Positions 12,409-26,686 of a DNA stretch of 64,000 nucleotides are shown piece after piece; position 1 is the stretch's first letter, and each line of letters begins with the position of its first letter. Location: NCBI GenBank assembly GCA_000182565.2, contig KQ257451.1; one strand, 5' to 3'. The notes under the pieces are model-generated. The model had not been told where the DNA came from. It saw nothing but the letters and a program-made list of their open reading frames with translations, and searched no databases. This DNA comes from Spizellomyces punctatus DAOM BR117 (taxonomy: Eukaryota). A program made the position numbers and the translations under genes.

Positions 12409-13527
12409 ATGTCATCTCCATCTACTGCATCTACTTCATCTGTCGACTTGACGGGCGGTCTATCAGACTATGCAAAGCTATTACGCTCCTTTTCTCAAGA
12501 CGGTCTAGAACCTATGACACAGACAGACAAGCGCTCCAACAGGGACTCTGGATTTGCGGGCTCTCTCGGCGCAACAGCATCTGCAGCAAGTCTGGATAAC
12601 TTGATGGAGGAGGAAGAAGAAGAAGAAGAAGAAGAGACAGTCGAGGAACACGATGAGGGTGAGTTGTGGGCTACAGTTTGGCACAAACTCCAAGAGTATT
12701 AATCTTGTAGTATAGTCTTTACGGATTACCTTCGGACGCACGGGCGCAAAACGTCACAGCTGTCCATGACCGTCGACGACTTGCTGCGGGAACTCGATTC
12801 AACCCTCAAAGTGTCTTCTCCTCTGACCACCCCTACTGCATCCCCATCCCGACCGCGCGCAAAGTCAGGAACCATGCCAATGGCAGGTAGCTCTCTCCCA
12901 ACTCTCAAGATTCCCACTGGGTTCACCCGCTCGCCTCCCTCGGCTCCGATTTGGCGCCCTCCACAAACCCCTCCTCCTCCGCCCCCAACCGCATCCCTCT
13001 CGGCCACTCCTACCGCAAGCTCGTATGGAGGAGCAGGTACAGCATTCCCTTTCCCGAATATGCTACTACCGGAAACCCCCGCGGCCCGCTCAGGCTTTGT
13101 CCAGAAACAAGCGCAAAACGTGTTTGGCTCCACTTGGAAGCGCCGCTACTTGGTCCTTGACCGTGGCACACTCTACCTCTTTCGCACAAAAGGCTCTCAA
13201 CAAACGGAACTAGGCAGCATGCTCCGTATCACGCCCGACACGTGTGTCCGCGTGTCGGAAAATGGGTTATGGGTTCTTGAAATCCTTGGATCAGGCGTCG
13301 CTGCCGATTTACTCAAGGACGCCTCCGATAAAGAAAAGGGAACCAAGAAAATGTGGGTTATTAAATGCGATGGCAAAGATGACATGGTGGGATGGCTGGA
13401 AGCGGTGCGAGCTGCCATTAAGCAAGTGCCCGTGGCTCCACCGAGTCCGATGGCTACCCCTCCAACATCCCCGAAAGTTAACCGGGCCAAAGGGTCGTCG
13501 TCCATGGCCTTGAGCATGATTGGGTAA
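12409..13527 (+). CDS. PH-domain protein with acidic and proline-rich regions
   Basis: RSGFVQKQ...TWKRRYLVLDRGTLYLF...KDDMVGWLEAVRAAI. A 57 nt intron (12659-12715) removes the in-frame TAA. Confidence 0.88.
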
Positions 13528-14016
13528 ACAACAAGTTTTCTAATGGGGAATTTTGGGAGCACGGACATTTCAAGTCCTTTTTTACGCATCACGCATAACG
13601 CACGCACGCACGAACGAACGATAGACAGAGAAGCCAGTCGACCTTTTTCATCCCCCTATGAACCGGTCTTTGGTCTTTTCTTTTCGCGGCGGCAACGTAT
13701 CCATACTTGTAAAAACGTATTCATTATTTCTTTTTTTTTGTATATGTTTGAGGAAGGAGAAACTAGATGGAAGACTGTATATAGCAAAAATGTGCATACA
13801 CGTAAATTACGAATGGAAAATAAACACTGTGTAAATTAATCATTTTTGCCCAGTGCATGTTTTGTTGCAATTGACATTTGGGCAACAAAATAACGTATTC
13901 GTGTATTGCCCTAACATGTCACATCACATCTCCAAAACACCAACCATAAAAAATCAGGGAATCATCATAAAAAAAAAACACACACCACTCTATAAAAAAA
14001 AACAATAATATATACA

Positions 14017-16120
14017 TTACGAAACACCCCCCAAATGACTCGGCGAATTATGAAACAGACTTTTCCACATGTAGGCTTCCGAAAGCAATAATTCTATATC
14101 CTTTTCATCCCATTTCTGGGTAGGTAAGGATTGAAGAAACATGATCATTTCCTGAAACTCCATTTTTTTAATGGCGTCTGAGAATTTCACGAGGAATGCC
14201 GCGCAGACGTAGAGGTGGAAATCTGAGAACCCGTCCGGGCCTTCTGCCTAGCATTATCCCACAAAGAAAAAACATGAGCATGCATATGTAGGAAAATGTG
14301 AGAAACGTAGAGTGAAATGTACCTGATAGGAATCCCACATCCGAATCGTATTCTTCAAAGATAATTCCCGCATAAGTAAACAATTCATCCATCGGAACGC
14401 GAATTGGATAAATTCTACGCCTTGGGATTGGAGATGGGTATATAATCGTGCTGTTCACCAAAAAACAAAAAACATTATAATTCAATTGTAATTTAATGAA
14501 TTGATATTCGTATTTTACCATCAATCCGATTCGTAAGCTCTTTTAATCGCGCAATTTGACGTTGAATCCCCGGTTGAGCATGCGTATAATTATCCTAGAC
14601 AACCCAAAAACGAAATTCGAAAAAACCCCCCATTGACTCAACATTAAATTAAAAAGACAAACCTGTATCCCATCCAACAATTTCGTCAAACACCAAAAAC
14701 AATCCGCTTCAACTTCTGTCAACCATCCCGCTGGAATCGCGTCGACATCCGTTGTTTCCACGTCCCCTTCTAACAACCAAAAAAATTTATATAGAGCAAT
14801 CAAGGAATCGGGAGGGTGAATACTTACTGACATACGATGAGAGAAACACGTGGAAAAAGGGGGTGACGAGGTCGTTTATGCCTTGGACGTAGCCGCTGGC
14901 TGGGTGACGGATGGCCCAGCAATAGAGGACGCGTTCAAGTGCCTATAAAGAGTTCAGAGTAATGTCCCCACGGTAAATGTGAACAAATATGTCTACCTCT
15001 TGTATTCTGGGATGTTGGTAGAGAGGGATATTCGCATGCGTTCGTTGGATATCAATATGAATCTACACATACGCGGGGCGTGAGTGAGGGCAGATGTCAG
15101 TGTCGCAATTGGTAATGCATACCTGATGATACAAACTCGCATCAATCCCCGCCTTGCCTCTCCCAAATGATTGGGAAACATACTCTTCATACTCTTTTCG
15201 CTTTCGAGAGAGTGTTGCGTCGCGGCGGTCTGCACTGGATGGGAGGTATCCCTATCATATGCGTGTGAACATGGAATTGTATGTGGTGTGTGAGAATGTG
15301 ATGTTACCATCAAGAGTTTCCAGACGGTCGATCGGATTTCATCGGGTACACCCGACCAACTCAATTTTCGTAACTGCTCTACACGATGACAAAAGCAAAA
15401 CAAATAAATACCATTTAAATAACCTTTGCATCCCCCACACCACAACTTTCTGCAAAACCACTCACCCAAATCAATGACAGGCATATCCAACAAATTCTTA
15501 AACTTATTAAACCGTATCGACATTGTATTCAATTTCGCAATATCCGCCATCATAGCCGCCTCATCATTCTTTTTCTCACACTCTGGTTTTGTTGTCGTTG
15601 ATTTCCGGGAAAGAGGGGACCCAACACCTTCTGTGCTTTTTCGGATTAGATTCATGGCTGCGGCTTTTTCACTTTCGGTTGTTGTAGAGGGGTTAAGTGA
15701 GTACCTAAAAAATGCCAATCAGTATCCACATTTGAAGACCCGAAAAGATATTCTATGATTTATGTAGAAAACGTACTTTCCGCCGAGGATACCAGCACCT
15801 AAACCGATTTGTGCGTGTGAGAGACTCCCCGGCACAGGAATCGACACTGGCTTGATTCTATCCTTGTCATTTTGAAATATTCATTAACAACACCCTTCCT
15901 CACATGCTCATCCTCTCCTATTTTCTTTTACCTTCCAGGTAAATACGCAGTATGAATTCCCCACAAACTTTTCTTTTCTTGAATGCTAAAATCCAAATCC
16001 CATTAGTACCTAATTGTCTTGCTTTTTTTCATACCATTCCCAAAAATACGCATCAACACTTCCAAATTACCTCCGTTCAACCTTGTTCCGATCGTCTACA
16101 GAACCGACGCGTGGGACCAT
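14017..16120 (-). CDS. GYP1: Rab GAP of the Gyp1/TBC1D22 family (5' exons uncertain)
   Basis: LRKLSWSGVPDEIR, IDIQRT, WAIRHPASGYVQGINDLVTPF, VEADCFWCLTKLLDGIQ, QFAFRWMNCLLMRE, LSEAYMWKSLF. Confidence 0.93.
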
Positions 16121-16703
16121 CGGGCGTATCGACGTAACAATCAATAAACAAAATATTTAAACCAAATGTCGTTCAGCGTATTCCAACAAGTGTTTTTAAA
16201 GAGATGTTCATTCAAATGAGTAATGCAAAACTAGTTTTTTGATTCCAACAATGCCCCGTTTGGGCAGCAACCCAACAAAACCCCCCGCGTCAAAAAGGTC
16301 GGAGAATGTCCAGGTATGGTTGTATCCATTGTTCCAACCGGGTCTAACCCTTACGGATGTAAACAAAAGCATGATGGGGGATGAATGAGGATATCTTGTT
16401 TACAACAGTGTGATTAACATGCAAGTGTTATCTTCTTTTTTGCTGAGATACCAAAAGTATTGCATTGTCCAGATTTCTACAAAAAAACAGTCGGTTATTG
16501 TCGTTAATTGAAAATCCATTCATTTGAACAAAGTGTATGACGCCTTATTCATCATCTTGTCCAAAACCCATCCACCAAATCATAGCTTTCAACAGCTTAT
16601 CGTATGAATATCGCTGCTAGTGTACCATACCCCCTCATCAATATCTTACTTGAAAATCCAAACCATTGACCATTTCTTACATCCAACGAAAAAAAGACAC
16701 ATT

Positions 16704-19271
16704 CTACATACATGCAGATTCATGAATATATGCAAGGAGATACGCAGACCGTTCCCGCCGCTTCTCAACACTCGTCAACCCCTCCGTTACAGCCGTATCA
16801 TCAAAACACGTCCAAGAGCTTTTGGTTCTATCATACACATCCGTTACATAATGCCCTGTTTATGAAAAAAACATGAGTATGTTGCCAATGACGTCCAGCT
16901 GGAAAAAAAATGAAAAGTATTACTTACCGCTCATGGGCTCGGATCCTAAATGCGATATAATGCTATACAGGGACGATTTAGGCCATGCACCGAGGACGAC
17001 TATGGTCTATAACCATACCTCTGTAAAAAATATCGTCCGGATCGTTCAAGGGCATTCTCATCTACTTGGAATTAGATGTAATATTACGATTCATGAACTA
17101 AGCAACAAAACTTACTCGTATGTACGCTGTTTTTGACAGGCGAGGCATGCAGTAATGCATCACCAGTCGATCTATGGTCTTGTTGTCCCTTTACGCTTAA
17201 CAGGGCATCCACATCGCTACAAAAAAAATCGTATGAGAGGCGTACAAATCCCACGTTACATGACACACTCACCCATCCCGAAAGCCCTTGTCATCACGTC
17301 CATACGCATCTAAAACCCTATAAGCAAAAAAATGACAGAGCCAAAAAACACGACTACCAAAACACCCACCAAACGAAACGCACAACGGAATTTCGACGAT
17401 ATCATTCCGTTTCTGTATTTTCATGTCCTCGACAACACCAAACCGCTTGACATGGACCACCATGACGGGTGGAAGGGTCCTGATTCGGTAAAAGGAGTCT
17501 GCAAGCGTTGCGTGACATGTACCGCAGTCGAGTGTCACTTGTTCGTGCTAAACAAACATAAGAACGTGTTCACCATAACATAGATGTATGATCTCCTACC
17601 TTGAAAAATTCTTTGATGAGGGTATGCAGGTGGTACTCCCGGCCTTGTTCCAAAAGATCCAAGGGTAGAGTAGCATACGTTTCGGATGAGATGGACGTTT
17701 TACCGCATGTTTTACATCTTGTCGTTCTCTACACGTTTGGTTAGTGCATGGTCGTTACGAGAGCAAAACACACCCATCCAAACACACTGACGCTGACTAC
17801 AGACCTCGGCCAGCCAATAAAACGTTGAATCAACCGGACAAGCAGCAAGTCCAACCCCCATCGCCTCACGTTTCAACTCACTAAACAATTCCAACAGAAA
17901 TTCTTGTGCATCCTAGCATACGTCATGAATCCCCATTTCGGTATCATACTACTTTGAAAATCCATACCTCTTGATGGTCATGCGCAAATCGAGGAGAAAC
18001 AGCACCCAAGCGGCGCTTCAAAGCAGCCACACTAACGAGTTTTCTCTCATCTCTCTTACGAAATATTTCGGATAACGCGTAACATATTTGTGTGTCCGGG
18101 GTCCTACGGGCTGCGTTGTGGAGTTTGGCTGTACGACACTTTAGCAGATAAAGGGGGAATGGAAGAACAAGGCAAGCTAACCTTTGAACGGCGAGAAATA
18201 AAGCATTTGGATCGTTGCGGCCATATAACAAGTCTGTCCCGCGTTCTTTATTCCATCCACTTTAGATGGGGAGCCATCCAAGTTTGTTGCATAGTTGTTT
18301 TTTATGCCGTAAAAGTTTGAGGGAGTCCATGTTTTTCGTGTTTCTATTCAATAAAGAATGAGAACGAGTCATGTTGTCGTAAAAGGAAAAAGCTCACCAT
18401 CTGGGGGAGTGAGTAGGCCGGGCGGACGGAGGGAATAGGTTTCTTGTTTCCGTTTCTATACCCCAAGACAAATTAGTGTGAGCAGTCAGTCAAGTATGTC
18501 ATAACCTTACATTTATAAACGAGTCCACACGAGATGATAGGGTATTCTTTGGAACAAAACCCGATAGAATAGAGTTTTTCGGTGTTTCGGGATAAAGGTG
18601 TGACTCGGCCTTCTTATTGCTTAGAGGACTTGGCTTTTTCGGCGTTACTGGTGGAAAACTCCCATCATGTTTTGGTAATTGGCCCAGAGGAAATGCAGTG
18701 GTCTCCTTTGGCGTTTCCAGATACAGGCGTCCCTCGTTCTGATGCTTCCCTAAAGGACTTGACTTTTTCGGTGTCACCGGTGGAAGAGTCCCGTCAAGCT
18801 TTGGCAAATATCCCAGTGGATCTTTAACAACATAATTAAATACCACCCTGCACTCGATTACGGCACATTCAAAGTCTCACCAGGCGATTGACTCAACGTC
18901 TTACAAAATTTGTAAAACTCTGATTGTGGCAAACCTTCTGGGGTATGTAAACGAACCATTCCATATCGTTTTACATTCAACGTAAACGAATGTTGTCCCG
19001 TGAATGGTTTTGGAAAGGTTGGGATGGGAATATTGTACTTTTTTCGGCCAGCAGAGACGAGAAGGGAAGCTTCTTTTCCATCTAATGATAACCGGTTTAG
19101 AATATGTGAAATATATGGCGTACTATAGTTTATACCTTTGACAAACCAGACTGTCGCATCCGTCAACTTGATAGGTTTCTTTTGTGAATGGGGTTCCAAC
19201 GTCAGGTGGCCGTGAAAGAAGGGTCCAAGGCGGTTCTCCTCGTTTTCTTTATGTTCCTGGACAATGTCCAT
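16704..19271 (-). CDS. Ubiquitin-specific protease (peptidase C19) with an N-terminal extension; USP26/29/37-like layout
   Basis: Cys box GIKNAGQTCYMAATIQML; HQE|DAQEFLLELF; LPPVMVVHVKRF; His box IISHLGSEPMSG|HYVTDV...WTCFDD...AYLLAY. Confidence 0.88.
18577..18819 (-). repeat. Tandem 43-codon duplication inside the USP gene
   Basis: PLGYLPKLDGTLPPVTPKKSSPL...YLETPK versus PLGQLPKHDGSFPPVTPKKPSPL...YPETPK. Confidence 0.9.
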
Positions 19272-19512
19272 TCTGAACAACCTGAAAAGTCAACCGCCCC
19301 CCTCAGACTCGTGGTTTCAATGTCGTTGAACTGAACTATTGGGTTCAAGCATCGAGAGGAAATATCGCAGATCTGGGGCAGTCGGCGAGGAATGCTGATG
19401 ACACTGCGTCACGCGTTCTTGTCCGATTGCCACGGACACTGAACTAGCAAGTTCCTCAGCACGCTCTGACTTTCTCTTTTTTTCACCAGCTGGTGTGCTC
19501 TGAGACGCAAAC

Positions 19513-21530
19513 ATGCCGCGTGAGATCATCACCTTGCAGGCTGGACAATGCGGGAACCAGAGTAAGCGTCTACTCTAATATATGCCAAAATTCTAGACTT
19601 TTAATCCACTTGTTTTTGCGGTCTTGTAGTCGGGCAAGAGTTTTGGAGTTTACTCTGTCAGGAACATGGGATTAGTCCAGATGGGACGCTTGAGGATTTT
19701 GCAACGGAGGGCGGAGACCGAAAGGATGTGTTTTTCTATCAGGTATGTAGATGGCACACGATGCGCGAATTCCAAGTATTAACATGCTTCGTTAGGCCGA
19801 TGATGAACATTACATTCCGCGCGCCCTCCTAGTCGATTTAGAGCCCAGGGTAACTAAAGATTACCGCATACTCATAAAACAGAAATAGCCACTAACAGGC
19901 ACAAAAGGTCATCAACAACATTCTCTCCTCACCCTACGCCAACCTCTACAACCCCGAAAACATTTTCCAATCAATAGATGGGGGCGGCGCCGGAAACAAT
20001 TGGGCTGCTGGGTACGGCCGAGGTGAAAAGATTTATGAGGACATTATTGAAATGATTGATCGGGAAGCAGATGGAAGTGATAGTTTGGAGGTGAACCTTT
20101 TCTGTAGCAGTGTCGAAGAAGGCTGGTACTAATGGGTTTATAAAAAGGGCTTTATGCTCCTGCACTCTATTGCTGGTGGAACAGGCTCTGGTCTTGGCTC
20201 CTATCTCCTCGAAACCCTCAACGATCGATACCCTAAAAAGTTGATCCAGACATACTCTGTATTCCCTAATAGTCAAGAAACCAGTGACGTTGTCGTACAA
20301 CCCTACAATTCTATCCTCAGTTTGAAGCGACTGACTCTCAATGCTGATTCTGTGGTATGTGATGTGCATATCTCATTGGACGCAACGGTACCTCTATCTC
20401 TAACGCTGGTCTCAGGTTGTGCTTGACAATGCTGCTCTCAACAGAATTGCAGCCGATACACTGCACATTCAGAATCCTACTTTTGCCCAAACCAATCAAC
20501 TCGTGAGTACTAGCGTATTTTCTGTAAACTAGGGCGACACACACACTGAAAGGACGTATAATAGGTTTCCACGGTCATGAGTGCGAGCACCACAACATTA
20601 CGATACCCGGGTTACATGAATAATGATCTTGTGGGCATTGTTGCGTCCCTTATCCCAACGCCTCGCTGTCATTACCTGCAGACGAGCTACACACCCTTTA
20701 CGGGTGAGCAAGTGGACAAGGTATTTTTAATCCTGTGTCGTAGGTGATCGCGGTACTGAACCAAGCAACAGGCAAAGAGTGTTCGAAAAACCACTGTGTT
20801 GGATGTGATGCGAAGATTGCTACAGCCGAAAAACAAGATGGTATCTACCAACCCTTCCAAAAAGAGCTGCTATATCTCAATTTTGAATATCATTCAAGGA
20901 GATGCGGATCCTACGGAGGTAACCACACTTGATATAGAAGATTTACGACAAGGGGCTCATGATGTATTTGTGTAGGTCCATAAATCCTTGATGAGAATCC
21001 GAGAGAGGCGCCTGGCACAATTCATCCCATGGGGACCTGCAAGTATACAGGTGGCGCTGTCACGCAAAAGTCCGTACGTTCCAACCGCGCATCGTGTGTC
21101 GGGTCTCATGTTAGCGAATCACACAAGCATTGGTTCGGTACGTCTCTCGTTCTTCAGAACCATTATAGATGGACCATGCTAACGTACCGTACAATAGTTG
21201 TTCAAGCGCATATGTGATCAGTATGATCGGTTACGTAAACGAAATGCGTTTTTGGAGCAGTACCGACGGGAAGCCATCTTTGCGGACGGGTTGGACGAAT
21301 TTGATTCTTCTCGGTGGGTAGCGCTTCCATGGGATCTGTTCGGATCTGCTCTCTTATGCTTTTTTGCCTTATAGGGAGGTTGTCCAGGAATTGATTACAG
21401 AGTATGAGGCTTGCGAAAGTCCTGATTATATCAACTGGGTATGTATTGCAAGTGGGTATCTGGTTTATTTGGTAAAAGATGATTCTCATAGAATGCTCTA
21501 CTTTGCTATTAGGGCGCTGATGATGAATAG
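19513..21530 (+). CDS. TUB4: Gamma-tubulin
   Basis: [65 protein letters not shown]; many short introns. Confidence 0.99.
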
Positions 21531-21677
21531 TGCAAGCGACGCCTGGACTCGTTAATTGTATAAAGTTTTTGTTTGTAGAGCTTCTAACAAATAGGTTATG
21601 CCTTGAGATATAAATAAATATTACATGCAAGTGCTAACATACGTGTGCCCAACCCCCTCTTTGGCCTTCCTGGAGGT

Positions 21678-23177
21678 TCATTTTGAAATCAGATCCGTTG
21701 CATTGTCTACTGCTGCCCTAGCACTATCCCTATATACTACAAAGTGCCCCTGCAACTGTGCTGGACTCACACTATGCAATTTCAGATTCAATTTTTTCAC
21801 AAATTCATTCGCCAGCGCTTCTTCTCCCTCAAAGAATCGCAAAAACATTTGACGTGCTTGTTCGTCACTTGCATTGTCCAACAACAGTTTGACATCCACA
21901 CGACCAGGCCTTATCAGTGCTGGGTCGAGACGCTCTACGTGGTTGGTTGTCATGAAAATAACACGTTCCTCCGAGGATGTGACGCCATCCAGGGCGTTCA
22001 ACAATCCACTAAACGTTACCATGGACTGGTACCTATCATACAAGAGTTTGAAAACCACCCAAGGCCTAACCCTGCGTACAAGGGAACATACCCTTGCTTA
22101 TCTGTTTGCGACCGATTGATAAACGCCGCGTCTACATCCTCCAATAGAATAATACTACGAGGCGGTGCGTGATTCAACAAATGACTCAGCCGGTCATCTG
22201 TCATTCCCCGCTCACTCAGATTCATCACGCAAATGTTGTATTCTAATTCACCCGCGAGGGCTTGTATAAAGCTTGTTTTGCCACTACCTGGTGGTCCATA
22301 TAGGAGGTACCCCCGTCGGTATGGTATGCCTATAAGGTAACAATGAGTAACCTGGGTGGAATAAAGGATCAAGTGAGAATATGCACCTCGATCGTGGTAC
22401 CATTTGCCGCCAGAGAGGAATGCCTTCACATCCTTGTGTATCATCTCTGCAATACCTCCGTCCAAAACAACCGAGGCGATGGGTCTCCTCTTTCGAGGGT
22501 TACCAAAAGGTCTCCAATCCGGTCCGTAACTGGTATAAACGACTGTTTTGCCCTCTTCTTTTGCCAGTGCGGCTTTTTTGGCCTCTTCCAGCATTTGTGT
22601 CAGTAGCTTTCTATCCCGACTAAGTGTAGTCAACGTGATCGTCTCCCATGGAGTTCCGCTTTTAAGGTCGATCATGTTCCTCTCGCGTTGACGCTCCACC
22701 TTGAGAAAAGGGATATCAGATTATGGCCATCACCGGCATACCACCGCTGCATGAAGGTTACCTGAAACCAAGCTCCCTGATATTTGAAAAAGTGCCTCCC
22801 GGGTCCTGGCACGAGCGAGAAATGACTTGAGACGCTCCCGTTATCTCGTCTGACAAATGACGTCTCGACAGCTAGTTGGTGCGCATTCCTTCGCGCCCCG
22901 TTGGTACTCATCCACTGCAAAAACCAGGCATAGCTTTGGTCCTTGCTTGGTATTTCCAAAGTGACCAGCAGTCGCCGTCGTGCCAGTGTCACGCCATGAA
23001 CAGCTCCTTGTCGAAGTACCGCCAAACTTGCAGTTACTCCTATAAGGCCAAATCTGAATTTACAGGTAAGCGAGAAAAGAGTTATAGCAAGCACCACCGT
23101 AATTATTACCCTGCCGAGAAATAGGGGTTATTCCCAAAGACATCTAGTAACCCCCCGGAGGGTATGGAGCTTGCCAT
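21678..23177 (-). CDS. BCS1: Mitochondrial AAA chaperone Bcs1
   Basis: [78 protein letters not shown]. Confidence 0.98.
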
Positions 23178-23326
23178 GTTGCCCAGAAAGGTTGGATAGT
23201 TGCTGAACGCGCTGCGCGATCTAGTAGCCCCCGGTGTTTCCATGACAACATTTCGTTCGGGCAGTCTTGAACTATTCAACGAGGCCATATGCAGATCCCA
23301 AACTTGCACCATTCTGCAAACTTATC

Positions 23327-24112
23327 ATGAGGTTTATTCGCTCCTCCATACACCTTTCCGCCAGGGCTGCCCGCCGGGCAAAGCCAAGCGCAGCTCTTCG
23401 GGCCACTATTCCTCCGTTTGCCTTGAACTCTCCATCACAGCGGTTGCTCGCCAGCATCAACAGACAGGCAGCTGCCCTCCACACAGCTGCACCCACTTTG
23501 GGGCTCTTGGACGCTTTCAAAAACACTGAAAATGCCACCACTACGGGAGAGGCACTAGGTCTTCCCCTCGCCGCCGTCGACGAGTCGGAAGAATCGGAAG
23601 AATCAAATAGGTGGGTAGTGTAGGACGGTCGTAGGCTTCGATGCGAATGTTAAAATCTTAGTCTCCACAGAACGCCAGAACGGTCACCACCAGAACCAAT
23701 ACCAGCAGAACTAATTGATCAGGCTGTGCAACAAGTTGTTGAGCAACATGTAGAGCTCAATTCGCCAGAAGGATGGAAAAGCATCGAGCTCGCGTCTCCA
23801 TCATTAAAGTTCAAGGTTCGCTTGTGAACACTTTTGTTTCTTGTTGACCACGAACGAAGCTGATATGGGCCTCATTGCCAGATTGTTCGTGGGAGCATGG
23901 CTGCTTGCGGGAGACGCATCTCAAATGTCGATCTCACAAACTGCTTGACTGTTCAGGACTTGTTGGACGTCTTGCACGGCCGACACAAACAAGATGTGTT
24001 TGATCCGTACAGCAAGGTGGACACCGTGGAACAAATGTTCCAAGAGAGGTCTGCAGATCTCCCCCCAAATGTGTACTTTCTTCCCCGGGACACTCCACGT
24101 GCTCGTGTATAG
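23327..24112 (+). CDS. Mitochondrial ribosomal protein mL50-like
   Basis: Long presequence, then WKSIELASPSLKFK|IV...GRRISNVDLTNCLTVQDLL...LPPNVYF, matching the Ribosomal_L50 pattern. Confidence 0.75.
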
Positions 24113-24390
24113 CACTTCCTTTTGCAATATCCATATCATTATTTCTTCAATATAGTCAATTTATTCTCACATCTATGTGTTGATCATCACAATATTATTA
24201 TGGAAGGTGCCCCCTCATCAGAGGCGGTCAGTGTCCGATATGTACATGTTGCAAGAAATCGAGCCATCCCGGAAGACTGTGCGGCAACTCGAGGCATTGT
24301 GCGCCGAGCTGAGTTGGTGCGCGATTTCCTCCACCCGGCAAGCTTTCATGGTAGATCACATCCAAAAACATCTTAATGGAGGTTTGAGAT

Positions 24391-24818
24391 CTATTTGTCA
24401 TTGGAGTCTGCCGTTTGAGCGGCTCGTCGTTGAGCCTCCCGCCATTCCCTTTTCCCCGCTAGGAACTGTTCCCGACGCTTATCTCGTTCCTCATCGGTGG
24501 TATATTGGCCTAGGCAGTCGTTCAAGGCGCGGTTTTCTTTTTGGCATGCCCAATACACTGTCAAGGTTCTATTTCGCGTACATTGCACTAATTCTGTATC
24601 CATGAATGGAAGTCAGGTTCCGTTCTCCAACGGCTTAAACTCTGTAGTATTGTTAGTTACCTTCCAGATACTGCCTGCATTTTGTTGTTGCGTTCTTCTT
24701 CAAGTCGTTAAAAACGATTTCCTGTTGCCGCCACAATTGTTAGCGGACCATACAGGTATACTTAGACCAGTGAATTGCGCACCTCCTCTTTGTTTGTGAG
24801 AACCGTTAACACAACCAT
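24391..24818 (-). CDS. CMC1: Twin CX9C cytochrome oxidase assembly factor (Cmc1-like)
   Basis: Spliced MVVLTVLTNKEE|EIVFNDLKKNATTKCRQYLE|ELVQCTRNRTLTVYWACQKENRALNDCL. Confidence 0.85.
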
Positions 24819-25321
24819 GTTTCTAGGTCCAAATTGGGTTGTCCACTAGTCGATCAGCTGGCGACCAGAGGAAGTTTACCAGAGCGTTTCCATGTCAACA
24901 GGGGATATGAACGGCTTTTGATAAACTTGATCATTTTCGACTTCACTATCCAGACATGCAAGTAGGAACATGACCTTGGACATTAGCGAAAGATCTTTAG
25001 AATTCCTGACTCTAATACGATGGTTACATCTCCAGTATGATTCATTACCTACGGATATATCAGGCCGTTACATAGTCAAAGCTTTCAAGCGCTCGTATTT
25101 TCCATTCATGTGTTGAAAATGAATGCTGGATGACAGCAAACAAGCATCCTTAAATTCTCTGTAGCAAGAGGATATTGCTAAACAAATTGCTTATCGTAAA
25201 ATCCTACCAGAAACGAAAGTTGCTGCACTGATAGGCAATATATGAGTGGCTTAGCTGGCTGGATGTGCTGGATCACCTACTCGTCACTCTCGTCTGATTT
25301 GGCAATCTGAGCACTCCACCC

Positions 25322-26686
25322 ATGTCCAATGTAAATGAACAGCTCTCTGCCATCGCCAGTTCTGCCCAGCAGAAAGAGCGTCCGGCGCATTACCGCTCGC
25401 TCTTGGAGTCAATTCTGTCTCCGTCCAACCGATTTCTCGACGAGCAAACCATAAGGGCGCTTCAAGAGATCATTTCGCACGCGATTGATGAAAGTGTTGG
25501 CTTGGTGGCCTCTCGACAGCTTTTACAGGATTTTATCACTCTCTTTGGGGGGTGGGGCCAGGGGAAAGATGGTGAGGTGGTCAAGCAAGTATGGGGCTTT
25601 GCTTTAGATACGATGCAGAGCCGGGCTGTCGCGTTTGAGGAGCAGGTACGGCAAAGTTGAATTGACGCTTGTATGCACAGGATTTTATTGTATACATTCA
25701 CGGTAGATATCGAGTGTCCGCGAAAAGCTCGCTGCAATTTATGAAGAAGAGGAAAACTGGTCAGAAGCGGCAAAGATGCTCCAGGGCATCCCACTGGATT
25801 CGGGCCACCGAAACGTATCCCAAGACTACAAGCTACGGATATACATTCACATTGTTCGTCTACTTCTGGAGGAAGAGGATGCGGTTTCAGCAGAGACCTA
25901 TATGAATCGGGCAGCTTTATTGATTGTCAACAGTGCTGATTCAGAGATGCAAATCCACTTCAAGTCATCCCAAGCGCGGATTCTAGACTACAAGCGAAAC
26001 TTTTTGCAAGCGGCGTCCAAATATCATGAGCTGTCTTATATGAGTGAAATCCACGACTCGGTTCGAATAACGCTGCTAATACAGGCAGTTACGTGTACAG
26101 TCTTGGCCGGTGCGGGACCACAGCGAAGTCGAATGCTTGCTACCTTGTACAAAGATGAGCGTGTACGTGAACGACCGGAACTCAAAGAAGGTGGAGTGTA
26201 TGGGATTCTGGAGAAGATGTACCTGGGTCGGGTCCTCCGAAAATCTGAGGTCGAAGAGTTTGCGGGTACACTTGCACCACATCAGCTAGCGAAACTCGGT
26301 GACGGAACAACTGTGCTAGACCGTGCGGTTATTGAGCATAACCTTCTGTCTGCGAGTAAGCTATACAACAATATCACATTTCAAGAACTGGGAAGTCTAC
26401 TGGCGATTTCCGCAGAGCAAGCGGAACAGACAGCAAGCAAGATGATTGTCGAAGGAAATTTGAGTGGAACGATAGATCAGATTGACCGGTTGATTCATTT
26501 CAAGAAAGCACACGTCTTGCCCTCTTGGGATGCCCAAGTGTCGGGCCTCTGTCATCACCTTGATGGAGTCGTCGAAAGCATACAGACCAAGTAAGTCAAA
26601 ATTTGAGAAACTGTCACTATATTGTGGGTCCTGTTTTTCATTTCTATTGATCTAGGTACCCGGATTGGGTTGCAGGAAGATCATAG
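25322..26686 (+). CDS. CSN4: COP9 signalosome subunit 4
   Basis: [66 protein letters not shown] (PCI domain). Confidence 0.98.

Noticed and set aside
12700-12702. In-frame TAA between two same-frame ORFs (readthrough or recoding?)
   Set aside because: It is removed by a 57 nt GTGAGT...TAG intron (12659-12715).
16340-16355. CTAACCCT telomerase-template-like motif in intergenic DNA
   Set aside because: An 8-mer is expected by chance (another copy is near 22066), and no supporting pseudoknot or box elements were identified.
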